Shown here: in pieces, positions 26,111 through 40,374 of the stretch | Layout: each line of letters starts with the position of its first letter | How positions within the stretch are numbered: the first letter of the stretch is position 1 | Assembly (NCBI RefSeq): GCF_006345805.1 | Contig: NC_043002.1 | Span: 19,778,001-19,842,000 of the forward strand | Source of the DNA: Octopus sinensis | Lineage: Eukaryota | Direction: 5' to 3' | Length of the DNA: 64,000 nucleotides | Program-made: the position numbers and the translations under genes | Notes under the pieces: model-generated | What the model saw: the letters and a program-made list of their open reading frames with translations, nothing else | Database searches by the model: none | Told to the model about the DNA's origin: nothing

Positions 26111-26495
26111 TCTCTCTATATATAAACGGCAGTTTGTCTGTGCGTGTTTCTGTGTGTCTGTTTGCTTGTACCCTCACTCTGACCACGGCTTTCAACCGAT
26201 TCTGATGAAACTTGACACACACATAGCCCAATGTCATAATTCAAAACTAACGCAGCGAAAATTTTGAAAAGTTCCCCCAGTTCTGAAAAAAATCGATAAA
26301 TTCGACATGGGGTCGAGAATCAGAAACCCAAACCACAGACCGTCTAGGGGACGCAACTCCACCTTTTTTAATTCTCAAAATAAAATTACCATCATTTTTT
26401 TTCCATTTTTTTGCTATTTTTTGGCTATAACTCTCTAAAAATGCTTTATAGTTATTTCCCTTACAAACCTGAGCAACGCCGGGCGATACTGCTAG
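26111..26495 (+). mobile_element. Non-autonomous Helitron
   Basis: A|TCTCTCTATATATAAA 5' end, (ctgt)-type microsatellite, GC-rich subterminal hairpin remnant cctgagcaacgccggg, and CTAG|T 3' end, i.e. inserted between A and T. Confidence 0.85.
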
Positions 26496-26497
26496 TA

Positions 26498-26534
<37 letters not shown>

Positions 26535-26823
26535 CATCATCATCATTTAGCATCTATCATATACGCACACGCACATATATTGTATTGTGTGTGTATTGAT
26601 GTATATACATATAGACAGATGAATGTATATACACAGACTTGTATATACACATTGCAAAATGTATACATTTATCTTCAACAAGCAAAACATTTCCTCAGTA
26701 AATATCACAACAATACAACACAGTTAGATCTACTGACTCTCAACTGTGCATAGAACAACATATTGCATCCAGAAGTCTTTCAGATTTCTGCACTAGTCTC
26801 TTCCTCTCTCTCTCTCTCTCTCC

Positions 26824-26892
<69 letters not shown>

Positions 26893-29099
26893 GTATTATA
26901 TATATCTCATTTTAGTATTTGGTTTGCAATATTCTTGATGTGAAATCATTTGTTGGAACTAATTTTGTTGTATCTTGGGAGGGTTGTTGTGCCAATAACA
27001 CATGCACTGGTTCCATTTCACTTCTTGTATTACTATTTGTCAATTAGTTGGCCTTTCAACAAGTTAACTAATCAATTGTCTGATCAATCATTCAGTCAAT
27101 CAATCACTCAACTAATTTCATTAAAGTCCTTTCATTGCCATTCATGACCTCATCAACGACATGCCCTCTCTACTCCAGGTCTACTCTATGTTTGTCTGTC
27201 TCATAGTCTACAGATTCTATATTTATATTTATATGTATGGAAGTGAGAATGCATAAAAAAGAGAGAGATTGTGTGTGCACTGGTGAGTGTGAGCTGGTGT
27301 GTGTGTGTCTATGTTTGTGTGCTGATGTGAGTTGGTGTGTTTGTGTGCTTGTGTGTGTGTTTGCATGTTTGTGTGCGCATGTGCCAATGTGACCTAATGT
27401 GGGTTCTGTGAATGTGTGAATGAGAAAAGATACATGACTTCAGATCTAAGGCTCTGATGAAGCTATAAGGTGTTACTCAAGCACTAAGCTATGAATGCAC
27501 TGCAACTTATTGCAGAAACAGGTGTAAGATAATGAAGTCCATAAGATAATTGCTTATTCCTTTGTCATCTCATTTTCTTGTGTGTGTGTGTGTGTGTGTG
27601 TGTTGTTTTAATGTCTAATTTTTCATGCTTGTATGGATATTTTCTGCAGCCAAATACACTTCCTTTCAAAACTCTTAATTGCTTTCAAACAATGTAATAT
27701 TTTCCCAGGGCCAGATATATTTTCATGGAAGACAAGCAAATAACAATTAAAAACTGAGATTCTAGACTATTATTACTTTGAGGTTCTCATTGTTATAACA
27801 CAAATATAAAATGAATGATTAAGTCCTGGACACCTGAAAATACCTTGACTGCCATGGGTGAAATGGCTGGCCAAGGGTTAAACAACAACAACATATGGCT
27901 TACTTAATAAACTCTTTCCCCTCATCAATCAGGGAAAAATTTATATAAATCTATTAAATACACACTTGCCTGCTTGCACATACACACAAACACACACACA
28001 CACATATATAATCACATACACAAACACCTATACAGACACTGACACACAGAGATACTCACAAGCAGGTTGAGTGTAGCACTAATTATTTAGTTGCCGATGT
28101 TCAAGACTTCAACAATTTCCTGTCAGATATTTGCAAACATCATGCAATAGCCATACGCTGAGCAATAACATTTAGGCCGTCTCCGTAATGTAAAGACACA
28201 CACACAAGCAGACTTGCTCACCAACACACAGACCACTATACATATACATGCACTCATAAATTCTTCTTGATACACAACCACAGACACAAGCATGTATGTA
28301 TACACATTTTGCATGCAACAATAAATTAAGTTCTAATATTCACCCATCAACTCCTTTCCTGTCAAACATTTGTAAAGTTCACACAACAGGTATAGTTTTA
28401 CATTCATTATGGTGCTCACTACAACTAGAGATTATGAAGATACATTTATAACTTCTACAAACACATACACATGTGCACACACACACACACACACACACAC
28501 AAACATTCAGACATTATAAGGAAAGAATAATTGCATTTTCAGCATTCACCTGTCAATCCATTTCATGTTAGATATTTGTAAATCTCAAGTGATAACAGTA
28601 TATTTGTGTATATAATTCACACTCACACACACACATTCTCTCACTCTTTCACTCACACATATATCATTCGAGGGTCAGCATATATTGGCAAATTCCACTT
28701 CTCGGAAAAATGTGATTTTCTATAAACAACATTTATTGGCAGGATGTCTCTTCATTAACACCTGACACGCCACAACAGGTGAAACTCTGAGCTGTGCAAG
28801 TGGAAAGCAAAATGCCGTTTTGAACCAGATGTCACTTCTTCACATCAACCTCTTTTCACTTGCCTCACACACAAGAATATTAGTGTAGCATTTCTAAAAA
28901 CTGGATCTCAAACACATGAACACACACACACACATATACACACACATACATACAAACACACATTCATTCATTCGTACTTAAGGAAAATGTAAGCCAGAAT
29001 TAAATCCTGATTGTTGGCTGGAAATGAGAATTTGATGTTTGTGATATACGTGACAGGACATTGTTAATATTACTCAGGACATTGACCTCCTGGAAACTG

Positions 29100-29480
29100 T
29101 TAAGAGGCATGTAACCAAATGAATACCCTTCATCAGGCATCTACCATACTCTGAATACCTTGCTTCCCTGAGAATAGATACACTTAAGCTCCAGCATCTG
29201 GCAACTGACTTGATAAACATCCACAAAATTATTAACCACCGTGCCAACAACCACCTTGAGCACCTTTTCGAGCTCTATGTATCTAACACACGTGGGTAGG
29301 CCTACAAAGTCTGAAAACAGCACAGCTCCCATGACTTTTAGAAACATTCTTCCACACTCTACTGAAGCATGGAACAAACTACCGGCATCAGTTACTAGTT
29401 GCCGGGACATTGCATCCTTAAAACCTCCATGCTTCCTGAAATTCACCAACACTACACCTGATATCCTCTTTCCCCCACAT
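29100..29480 (+). mobile_element. CR1-clade LINE 3' fragment
   Basis: HLPYSEYLASLRIDTLKL..LATDLINIHKII, NTRG..YK and EAWNKLPASV..C.DIAS match the CR1 C-terminus. Confidence 0.85.
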
Positions 29481-29620
29481 ACTTCATATACATGCACACA
29501 TGTATATCATGATTCATACACTGTTCATAACTGGGCTTATATATCACCCATTCATAACTGGGCTTATATATATATAATATATAATATAATATATATATAT
29601 ATAATATATATATATATTTT

Positions 29621-29843
29621 ATTTCTTTCAGTCATTTGACTGTGGCCATGCTGGAGCCACCGCCTTTAGTCGAACAAATCAACCCTAGGGCTTATTCTTT
29701 GTAAGCCTAGTACTTATTCTATCAGTCTTTTTTACCAAACTGCTAAGTTAAGGGGATGTAAACACACTAACATTGGTTGTCAAGCAATGGTGGGGGGGGG
29801 ACAAACACAGACACACAAACATATATATATATATGTATGTATG

Positions 29844-29880
<37 letters not shown>

Positions 29881-30075
29881 AGATAGATAGATAGATAAAT
29901 AGATAGATAGATATACAACAGGCTTCTTTCAGTTTCTGTCTACCAAATCCACTCACAAGATTTTAGTAAGCCTGAGGCTATAGGAGAAGACATTTGCCCA
30001 AAGTGCCACGCAGTGGTGCTGAACCTAGAGCCATGTGATTGGTAAGCAAGCTACTTACCACACAGCCATTGCTAC
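29621..30075 (-). mobile_element. Family A tRNA-SINE, full length
   Basis: Same sequence as 1146-1550, with an expanded TA/GATA centre. Confidence 0.85.
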
Positions 30076-30290
30076 ACTCAGACAAAAACCCATCCACACA
30101 CTACTGGATGTTCTTATCTGCCACTGATAATATTTTCATGTTACTTAACTTTGCACATCTATTGTATAAGAGATTATATCTTCAGAGAATACTACAGATA
30201 ATTTGTCTTTCTGTGGTGTATTTGCATTAAGTATGATTGCTTTTTAATTTAATACACTACTTCTGTTGCACATAACAAATCTTTTTTCAG

Positions 30291-30372
30291 TTGGCCAGCT
30301 AATTGCAACATCAGTGAATGCTCAGTCACTGTTTTCCTATATTGGCAACACTGGCTTTGCTAGTGGTCGCCA
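30291..30372 (+). CDS. Candidate exon (xGQLIATSVNAQSLFSYIGNTGFASGR), gene unknown
   Basis: Strong acceptor aaatcttttttcAG and strong donor GTGAGT. 82 nt, only one of three frames open, non-repetitive sequence. Confidence 0.35.
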
Positions 30373-31177
30373 GTGAGTAGTTGTTACTGATGAAACTCTA
30401 AAAAGGCAGAAATGCTTATCTTGCATTCCCACCACTGCTGCTCAATGCTTTCTGCCTGCTTCTGATATATTTTTGTGTTATTTAACACTGTACATCCATA
30501 AGAGATATTATCTCTGAATGAATGCTGCAGTTAATTTGTCTGAGATGTATTTGCACCAAGTATGCCATACAAAGTGCTCTCTCTTTCTCTCTCTCTCTCA
30601 GTTTGTGTATGTGTGTGTGTATGCAGTATTGCTGTTTGAGTAATAAGTTTGCTTCCTAATCATATGGTCTTGAGTTCAGTCCCCTTGAATGTCTTCTAAT
30701 GAAGACCCAGACCAACCAGAGCCTTGTAAATGGATTTGACAGATGGAAACTGAAAGAAGCCTGTTGCACACATGTCTGTATATGCATGTGTGTGTTTCCT
30801 TTCGACATGATAGAAAAGTCGTAAACAAATGTCACCATCATATATGCCATGTCCCTCGCTTCCAAACTCCCATGAAACATGTCTGTTCGTGGGGGGGGGG
30901 AATATTAACTTGCTTCGAAATAAGTGAGATTGCCAGCAGAATGCTGTCACTGTTGCCACTAGAGACAAACAAACAAAAAAAACAAACATACATACACTCA
31001 TCCATGCACACATACACACACACACACATCACACACACACACACACATATTCAGCTGATGATTCGCTTCATTGCTACTCCAAATTTCTCACAGTGTGTCA
31101 GAGAAAACTCTGAGTATTAACTGAATGAATCAGTTATTTATGTATTATAATAAATGCAACCAACTACAAACATTTGT

Positions 31178-31394
31178 TTCTTTATCACCCACAAGGGGCT
31201 AAACATAGAGGGGGCAAACAAGGACAAACGGATTAAGTCGATTACATCGACCCCAGTGCGTAACTGGTACTTAATTTATCGACCCCGAAAGGATGAAAGG
31301 CAAAGTCGACCTCGGCGGAATTTGAACTCAGAACGTAACAGCAGACGAAATACGGCTACACATTTCGCCCGGCGTGCTAACAGTTCTGCCAGCT
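31178..31394 (-). mobile_element. Family B SINE, young
   Basis: Reverse complement of the 6048-6282 and 33826-34053 family, with CpGs retained. Confidence 0.85.
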
Positions 31395-31669
31395 CGCCGC
31401 CTTACAAACATTGAATACTCTTCCTTTCGTTTGTAACCTAAGACATGCAAAACATATGTACATGCATTCACACATACAAACAGTGCTTGGAGTTGTGACC
31501 TATGGACTGGAAGTCCACTATAATCCCTAACACCATCCGTATGTTGAGCCGATAAGCAAATCAACTTGTAGATAATCCACAACAACAACAAGAACATGTT
31601 ATTACTGATGTAATTCATATTTACCAAACAAGTATTTTTGTTGCTTGAAGGTGATGAGTCAGCTTCAAA

Positions 31670-32363
31670 AGATAAACAACCACCAACACCACCGCTACAT
31701 CCATCACCACTTCTACAACCACCAATACCACTACCACCATCACTACCTCCACTTCAAGCTCTACCAGCATCAACATCACTGCTACCAACATACCTTCCCT
31801 GCCACCATCGTCACAATCACTATTACTACTACCAATACTACCGGATTCACTACCAACCCCATTACTGCCGTCGATATCAACACCAGCACCACAGCGAACA
31901 CCACTACTGCCACTCCAGCAGTATCCCCACCAATCCAACACCAACACAACCAGCACAAGTACTACCACCAACATCACTACTAACACCATCAGTACTGCTA
32001 CCAACACCACAACTACCATCAACACTAATACCACTAACCACAACCAACACCACTCCCTACAAACACCTCTACCACCACCAACACCACTACAAACATCATC
32101 AGCACCAGTACCATCATTACCAACATCAATAGTCACACTACTGCCGCCACCACCACCATCACTACAACTCCCAGCATCGCCATCCATACTATCTTCCCTA
32201 CCACCCCTCAGATCATGCCCTACTCTCTTAATACCGGGATACACTGGGTAATGTAGTCCTAGGGTCACTTCGAAAAGATGGCATAGTCATGGTTGGAATG
32301 CCTTTGATCAAAAGGCTACTGGATCAGAGATGATTTGAGGCTATACAACATTTCTGCCACAGT

Positions 32364-32426
<63 letters not shown>

Positions 32427-32750
32427 CACCACTACTACTACTATCAGCACCCCCACCACTCAATACCAACATCATCAAAACCACCATCACTGCAAAACTA
32501 CCATCAACATCACTCCATGACCACCACCACCACCACCACCACCACCACTATCATCAGTACTCCATGACTGTCATAAGCACTAACCATCACCACCATCATA
32601 ACTTGTAACATTTCGCAACCAGCACTATCAGCAACACCCTATTACTAATAACCTTGCCGTTACCACCTCCACTGCCACCACCAACACCACCACCACCACC
32701 GCCGCCACCACCACCACCGCCGCCAGTACCAACCTTCACTACCACTTGCT
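31670..32750. repeat. Degenerate (CAC/CAT/TAC)n trinucleotide low-complexity tracts
   Basis: Runs of accacc, catcat and actact. These explain the long stop-free frames. Confidence 0.9.
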
Positions 32751-33424
32751 AAACACTTAACTGAAAAGTAAGTGTGAAGCTTGATTTGTTTTTCGTTTGT
32801 TTAATCAGGCAAACTGGATCAAGTACAACCATTGCTTAGAGGCACAACAATACAATGACACAAGTGAAAGTTGAGCTGATGGCCATATGGTCAGTAGTCC
32901 AGCATTTTAACATTGCAACCAAAATGCCACACACAATATTATTGCATTCGCAAAGCAGCAAGCTGGCAGAAATGTTACGTTCTGAGTTCAAATTCCGCCG
33001 AGGTCAACTTTGCCTTTCATCCTTTCAGGGTCGATAAATAAAGTACCAGTTACGCACTGGGGTCGATGTAATCAACTTATTCCCTTTGTCTGTTCTTATT
33101 TGCCCCCTCTATGTTTGGCCCCTTGTGGGCAATAAAGAAATAAGAAATAAGAAACGTTAGCATGCTGGGTGAAATGCTTTTGTCTGTCTTTATGTTCTGA
33201 GTTCAAATTCTGCCAAGGTCGACTCTGCCTTTCATTCTTTTGGGGTCGATAAATTAAGTACCAGTTACATACTGGAGTTGATCTAATCAACTGGTCCCCA
33301 CTCCCCCAAAATTTTGGGCCTTGTGCCTAGTATAGAAAAGAATATTATTGCTTTCATACAGTATAGCAATAATCTTTTACCCAACTGAAGCATTTTCATA
33401 AGTTTCTCATAAACTCATTTATTC

Positions 33425-33775
33425 TTTTATTTGTTTCAGTCATTTGTCTGTGGCCATGCTGGAGCAACGTCTTTAGTCAAACAAATCTACTCCCAGGACT
33501 TGTTCTTTGTAAGCTTAGTACTTATTCTATCGAGCTCTTTGGCTGAACTGCTAAGTTACAGGGATATAAACAAACCAGCAATGGTAGGGGGGACAAACAC
33601 AGACACACACACACACACGACAGGTTTCTTTCAGTTTCTGTCTACCAAATCCACTCACAAGGCTTTGGTTGGCCTCAGGCTATATTAGAAGAGACTTGCC
33701 CAAGGTGCCACACAGTGGGACTGAACCTGGAACCATGTGGTTGGTAAGCAAGCTACTTACCACACAGCCTCTCCG
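33425..33775 (-). mobile_element. Family A tRNA-SINE
   Basis: Matches other family A copies. Confidence 0.85.
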
Positions 33776-33825
33776 TGCTCATTTCAGACATGCAATGGGC
33801 TGGTGGTATTCATAGCCTTGTATAA

Positions 33826-34053
33826 GGCGGCGAGCTGGCAGAAACGTTAGCACGTCGGGCAAAATGCTTAGCGGTATTTCGTCTGCCGTTATGTTGTGAG
33901 TTCAAATTCCGCCGAGGTCGACTTTACCTTTCATCCTTTCGGGGTCGATAAATTAAGTACCAGTTACGCACTGGGGTCGATGTAATCGACTTAATACCTA
34001 TGTCTGTCCTTGTTTGTCCCTTCTATGTTTAGCCCCTTGTGGGTAATAAAGAA
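33826..34053 (+). mobile_element. Family B SINE, full length
   Basis: ggcggcgagctggcagaaacgttagc head through the aataaagaaat tail. Confidence 0.85.
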
Positions 34054-34639
34054 ATGGGTATTCATAGCCTTGTGCATCTGTGAGGCTCCAACAACAGGAG
34101 AAACTACAGACTGGTTGCAACACAAAGCTCTCATATCTGTAAATTTTCTATGTTTCTGCCAGCACAATGCACACACACAAACACATTTTCTTACTCTCCC
34201 TCTCTCTGCCTACCTCCTTCTCTCACTCACTCTCTCTCTTTGCCTACCTCTCTCTCTCTCACTCTCTCTCTTTGCCTACCTCTCTCTCTCTCACTCTCTC
34301 TCTTACACACACACACTAGAAAGCAAATCCTCTTAAAAGCTAATACAAAAGAACAAGCAGAGATGCAGTTTGACATCACACATCATTTTAACCACAAAAT
34401 CTAGCCTAAGTTACACAAGGCATGTACAACAACATTTTTGCATGGAACACAATATCAATAATTAAATAAACATAACATAGGCACAGACATGGCTCTGTGG
34501 TAAGAAGCTTGCTTCCCAACCACATGGTTCCGGGTTCAGTCCCACTGTGTGGCACCTTGAGCAAGTGTCTTCTTCATGGTTTCAAATTGAGCTTCTTAAC
34601 CACACAACTATGCCTGCGTGATAACAAAAATCTTTTGAT

Positions 34640-35400
34640 TTGTTTGGACATAAGACTTTCTGACATTCATCCATGAGGCATTTTGAAATATTTCAACAAT
34701 AGTTTGGATTTGTGACAACAAAAATATATTAGATATCTTTGTAAATTCACACAGCATGATACCTTCAAATTTTATCCTTTGATAACTAAATCTTTATTGC
34801 AAGAAGCGTTATATTCCACCAAAAATTATATTCCAATATCAAAATAATCATACATGCAAGGAGATTATTGCCTTCTTTCAATAACACTCTATTGGTAATG
34901 AAGAATAATGCTGATTCTTTTGATGTGGCAATGGGTACATCAGATACTGTAGAAATTTATAAGCTTAATGGTCTTATATTTTATATTCATTTCATAAGTT
35001 TAGCCATTTATACTGTGGTCTATATTAAGATGACAGACTCACTATTATATGAAATATGAATGCTCAACAGATTTTAGATATTTACAAAAAATGATTTATT
35101 TGTAATTTAAAGATTTGCATCAAAAAAGATTGCATATATATTGTTAAGCTCTTTGATACTATCTTAAAATTAGGAATCAATAAATATAACGCATTTGGTA
35201 AACCAATTGAAAATAGATAAATACAGTTTGGAACTATTCATCTGCTATTATAAATAATTTAAGGAAAAATGTTAGTAGACAGTTATTCAGTATTTCATCT
35301 ATGTTTTCCTTCAACAAAGTAATGACTTGTTATAAAATACCCTAAAAACTGGTTTTTAAGGATAAGATAAATTACATAGATAATCGCATTAATTTGCAAA
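34640..35400 (+). mobile_element. Degenerate Penelope-like element RT fragment
   Basis: FYPLITKSLLQEALY..KNYIPIS / IIIHARR....NN....KNN.DSFDVAMGTSDTVEI resembles the PLE RT motif FYPSI...HARKSLLF...FDVTMGSxDGAE. Confidence 0.7.
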
Positions 35401-37053
35401 CATGACAATAAAAGGAAAGGAAAATTATTTGGTTTAATTCTCCACATTGTTTTAATGTAAATATATTGCAACATAGTTATTTCATTTGTTTGATATTTTC
35501 CAAAAATATCTTGGATATAAGATTTTTAATAGAATAATATTAGATTAAGCTTTGGTTGTACAAAAAATTACCTAAAGAAATAACAAATATTGGTTTCAAA
35601 TTCTGGTACATGGGGAGGGGATAAGTCAATTACACTGAGCCCAGTAGTCAACTGGTACTTATTTTATCAACCCTGAAAGGATGAAAGGCAAAGTCAACCT
35701 TGGAGGAATTTGAATTCTGAATGTAAAAACAGACAAAATGCTTAGCAGCATTTTGTTTGACATGCTAATGATTCTGCCAGCTCACTAAATAATAATAATT
35801 TTGGCACAGATCCACAGTTTTTGAGGGGAGTGTAAATTGATTACCAGTACTTGGTACTTATTTCATCAACCCCCAAAAATGAGCAAAGTTGACCTCAATA
35901 GAATTAGAGCTCAGAATGTAAAGAGAGACACAAAATGGTACTAAGCATTTTATCTTGTATGCTAATGACTCTACCAGCTCACCACTTATGAAGTAACAAA
36001 TATTGATTGTAAAAAAATCTTAGCTAACTATCTTCATCTAATTCTTCCTCTTTGCGCAATTTTTTTAAGCCCATAAAATATTCTTTAATTGATTTGCTTT
36101 TGTGCAAAAGTATTTACAGTTAATCATTGTTTTCAAAGATTATGTCCAGCTGACTGAAAATCTTTTCAAATTAAGATTCAATTAGCATAAATATACTTTC
36201 AGAAATCCTGACAGATCTTCCAACATAAATTTTTCAAAAAAAGAAGAAAATAAAAATGAAACAAAAGACCGGTTTCTAAAATAACAACAATATCAAAATC
36301 TATAAAATCATTTGGAAGATATTAGTTATGTCAAGTTTTATTATCAGGATAATGTTAGTTGTGATCTGTATTTCTGAAAGAAAAGAAAATGAATGTATTG
36401 TTCCATAAGAGCTTTAAGTGAAATACTCAGAGCTAATATCTATCTGTTGCTATAAATCAAAATTTGGTTGGAAAATCTAAAAATACCAAACAGTTAAACA
36501 ACTGGAAGCTTTGTATTACATTATTAAACATTTCATACAAATCAAAAGGTTTTCCTTTTGTTAATTTGTATTTTATCTTCAACAGTAATTTATTTTGTAT
36601 ATCAATATAAAAACCTATAATTTCATTTCTATTATTGTCAGAGAATTGCTAAACATAGAATTCAGAATTGAATTTGAGAAAATTCAGATTAAAATGAATT
36701 TTATTATATTACGGTATCTCAAGGTGACAAGCTAGCAGAATCGTTGGTGTGTCAGACAGGATGCATAGAAGCATTTCTTACAACTTTTAGGTTCTAGGTT
36801 CAATTACTACCAAGGTTGATTTTACTTTTTATCCTTTCAGAGTTGATAAAATGAGTACCAGTCAGTACAGGAGTTGATACAATTGACCCGGCCCCTCCCC
36901 TCGAATTTACAAGCCTTGTGCCAAAATTAGAAAGAATGATATTACTGTACCTCACAGTAATGAATTTGTCTTGGTATTGTTCATACTGTTGTGTGTTTCC
37001 TTCTTACATGTGCGCGTGTGTGTGTGTGTGTCTGTGTTTGTATTTGCCTTCAT

Positions 37054-37841
37054 TTATTACCTCCGTCAAGGAAGGAGGTTATGTTTTCATTGGCGTTGGT
37101 TTGTCCATCTGTCTGTCTGTGTGCAAAATAACTCAAAAGTTGTGAACGGTATTTGATGAAACTTGCAGGAAAAGTTGGTAATGACACAAGGAACAGATGA
37201 TGAAATTTTGGTAGTGATCTGGGAATTTTTATGGATTCTTGAAGGATTTTTCATTTGTTATATTTACTTTACATAAAGTATTAATGTTACGTTCTTTGAT
37301 TATCTCCCTTGAAAACACATCGTTTCCACGTAACCTATGGTGGCGTTGCTGTCTAGGGACAGTGTTGATGATGACGATGGTCAAGATAAGTATGGGAGGA
37401 GGATAAAATAGCATCGGTGGTTATAATGGCAACAGGAGCGGTGTGATGTGTGATGCTGCGGTGATGGTGGTAATAGTGGTGTTGATGATAGTGTTAGTTG
37501 TGTGATGGTGGTATTGTAGTGGTTATACAGGTTGTGGTGGTGAAAGTGACTGTCAAGGTAACCGTCATGATAACATTGATGGCGGTGTATGTGGTTGAAG
37601 TGGAAGCAATGACAATGCTGCTGATGATGTTGGTGGTTGTGAACTGCTTCAGATGATTCCGGTTTTTAAAGGTTTTTTTTTCTTAAAATCATATGACTGA
37701 GTAATTTTTTTTTACCCTCACCAAGGAGGTTATGTTTTTGTCAGCGCTGGTTTGGAAAATTGGGCGATTTTCATCATGCGTATATATGGGTGGAAATGAG
37801 CTGCTTGGCAGAGGTCTGCGCTCTCCGAGTGTTTTACTAGT
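37054..37841 (+). mobile_element. HINE/DINE-1-like non-autonomous Helentron (two 5' modules, low-complexity interior)
   Basis: 5' ttattacctccgtcaaggaaggaggttatgttttc, (tctg)n, and 3' ttggcagaggtctgcgctctccgagtg. A second 5' module sits at about 37715. Confidence 0.7.
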
Positions 37842-38544
37842 TTTACTTGTTTCAGTTGTTAGATTGCAGCCATGCTGGGACACCACCTTGAAGAATTTTA
37901 CCCAAATAAATCAACCCGCAAGGGGTTACACACAGATGGGACAAACAAGGACAGACAAACGGTTAAAGTTGATTATATCAACCCCAGTGCATTATTTAAT
38001 CGATCCCAAAAGGATGAAAGGCAAAGTCAACCTCGGTGGAATTTGAACTCAGAAAGTAGCGGCAGACGAAATACCGCTAAGCATTTCGCATGGCATGCTA
38101 ACATTTCTACCAGCTTGCTGCCTTCACACACTACCTTATCACCATACTATATACATCATTTAACAACACAAACTCATCTCTCTACTTGGCCATACGCAAG
38201 AGAATCCTGCTAGGCTATGGAACAATAATCCAACTCTTTTGTAGTTGATGATAGTAGAATTTAAAGAATTCAGGAATTCAAATCAAGAAATTAGCAACTA
38301 CATTTTCTATTCTAGTGTATCTAAAATAAATTTTCTGACAACTATGTGATATTCCTTGGCTGTTTTTCTCCCATGTGACAATTTTAATATTATTCTTGGA
38401 GTGACAGAAATAGTATAATGTCAGGCGAAATACCATGAGGTCTCTTTATTTTCTTCAATTTAAATCCCGAAGGGATTAATATTTTCTTTCATCTTTTCGT
38501 TGTTGAAGTTTTCAGTACCAAATATAAAGTAATTTATAGGCCCA

Positions 38545-39305
38545 GTAGTGGCTGAGTGGTAAGTAGCTTGCTTACCAACCACATAGTTCCAGGTTCTTCT
38601 ACTATGGCCTCGGGTCGACCAAAGCCATGTGAGTGGATTTAGCAAATGGAAACTGAAAGAAGCCTGTCATGTATATATATGTGTGTGTGTATGTTTGTCC
38701 CCCCACCATCGCTTGACAATCGACGCTTGTGTGTTTACATCCCTGTAACTTAGTGGTTCGGCAAAAGTTACCGATAGAATATGTTACTAGGCTTACAAAG
38801 AATAAGTCCTGGGGTTGATTTGTTTGATTAAAGGTGGTGCTCCAGCATGGCCACAGTCAAAGGACTGAAACAAATGAAAGAATATTAACTCTGTAATTCC
38901 ATACAAATCTGTAATCTTTTATCTTTTGGCATTTACCTGTTTCAGTCATTTGACTGTGGCCATGATGGGGCACTGCCTTGAAGAAGTTTTAGTTAAATAA
39001 ACTGATACCTCAGGACTTATTTTTTTAAAACCTGTGACTTATTCCATTAGTGTCTTTTGCTGTACCACTAGGTTACAGGGATGTAAACACACCAACACTG
39101 GATGTCAAGAAGTGATAAGGGACAAACACAGACACAAAGACACACACACATGATGGGCTTCTTTCAGTTTCCATCTTCCAAATCCACCCACAAAGCTATG
39201 GTCAGCCCAAGGCTATAAAAGGAGACACTTGCCAAAAGTGCCACATGGTCAGAATGAACCTGGAACCATGTGGTTGGGAAGCACACTTCTTACCATACAG
39301 TCATA
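38545..39305. mobile_element. Two family A SINEs in opposite orientation (38545-38884 +, 38932-39305 -)
   Basis: Tail-to-tail copies about 50 bp apart. Confidence 0.8.
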
Positions 39306-39429
39306 GAGAACACATGTAATAAATCATCATTACACTTTTTGTTGTATCTTGGAAGGGTCATTATGCCAATAATATACACACACTAATTCTGTTTCACTTC
39401 TTTTATAACCATTAGTAAATTCAATGTCC

Positions 39430-39615
39430 AAGTCTTGCTATTATGTAACATTGACCTTAATACACAAGCATCATACAATCTGGTCCTTCACTCTTTGCTG
39501 CAAGCAGAGGTGATAGGAGCTTCAACTTTCTCCAACCTGTGCTACCTTGCATTTACTATGCTGTCGGAGCTCCTACCCCTACTGTTTCTAAGGTCACCTA
39601 ATAACAATAGCTACT
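39430..39615 (-). mobile_element. RTE RT fragment
   Basis: Minus-strand LGDL...G.SSDSIV.A and RLYDACV...ML remnants. Confidence 0.6.
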
Positions 39616-39949
39616 TCTAGGAAGCATTCTGGGATATATATATATATATATATATACATATAAAAAGGTATATGTATGTGTGAGGCTTCGAGTGACCCGT
39701 CTGTTTTCTTGTGTCGTCTCTTTGTGTGTTTTTGCGTTCTTGTCCCATTTTGTAATTTATATTTTATATTTAATTTCTATACATATATATATATATATAC
39801 ACACAGACACATTATTAATATTATTAATATTTAGCAAAAGCAATGAATATGTGTGTGTGTGTGTGTGAATGTTATTTCTCAGTAAATTATGGACTGTGAA
39901 TTATTTTGTGTGTAAGTTGCAGTAAGTCAATCGATAACATCTCCACCTT

Positions 39950-40313
39950 GACTATCTCTCCTCTACCATATCATCATCACAATCATAATCATTATCGACA
40001 TCACTAGCATCACAATCATCAACATCACCAACATCACAATCATCATCATCATCATCACAATCATCACCATCATCATCTCCCCCACTACCGCTGCCGCCGC
40101 CGCCACCTCCGCCACCACCACCATCATCAACATCACAATCATTGTGTTTATTCATTGGCATTAACTTTTCAGTCTCTGTCATGCATGACATGTCTGCCTA
40201 ACAACAACTACAACCACAGCAACAACAACAACAGCAACAACAAAACAGCATCAACCACAACAAAACAGAGAAAAAAATCACCAGACCAAAAGAACTAGTT
40301 GACAAATATAGCA

Positions 40314-40374
<61 letters not shown>

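Noticed and set aside
27450-27530. CTGATGA...GAAACAGGTGTAAGA hammerhead-like motif (and similar at 53646 and 19075)
   Set aside because: Stem I or II or core positions do not pair or match well enough to call individually. They are mentioned only as possible decayed relics.
31621-32268. 215-aa and overlapping His/Thr/Val-rich ORFs
   Set aside because: (CAC/CAT/TAC)n low complexity removes stop codons, so this is not evidence of coding.
39883-39911. 29-nt exon candidate with a GTAAGT donor
   Set aside because: The pyrimidine tract is short and follows (GT)n, and splicing it to the 62833 candidate creates a stop codon.
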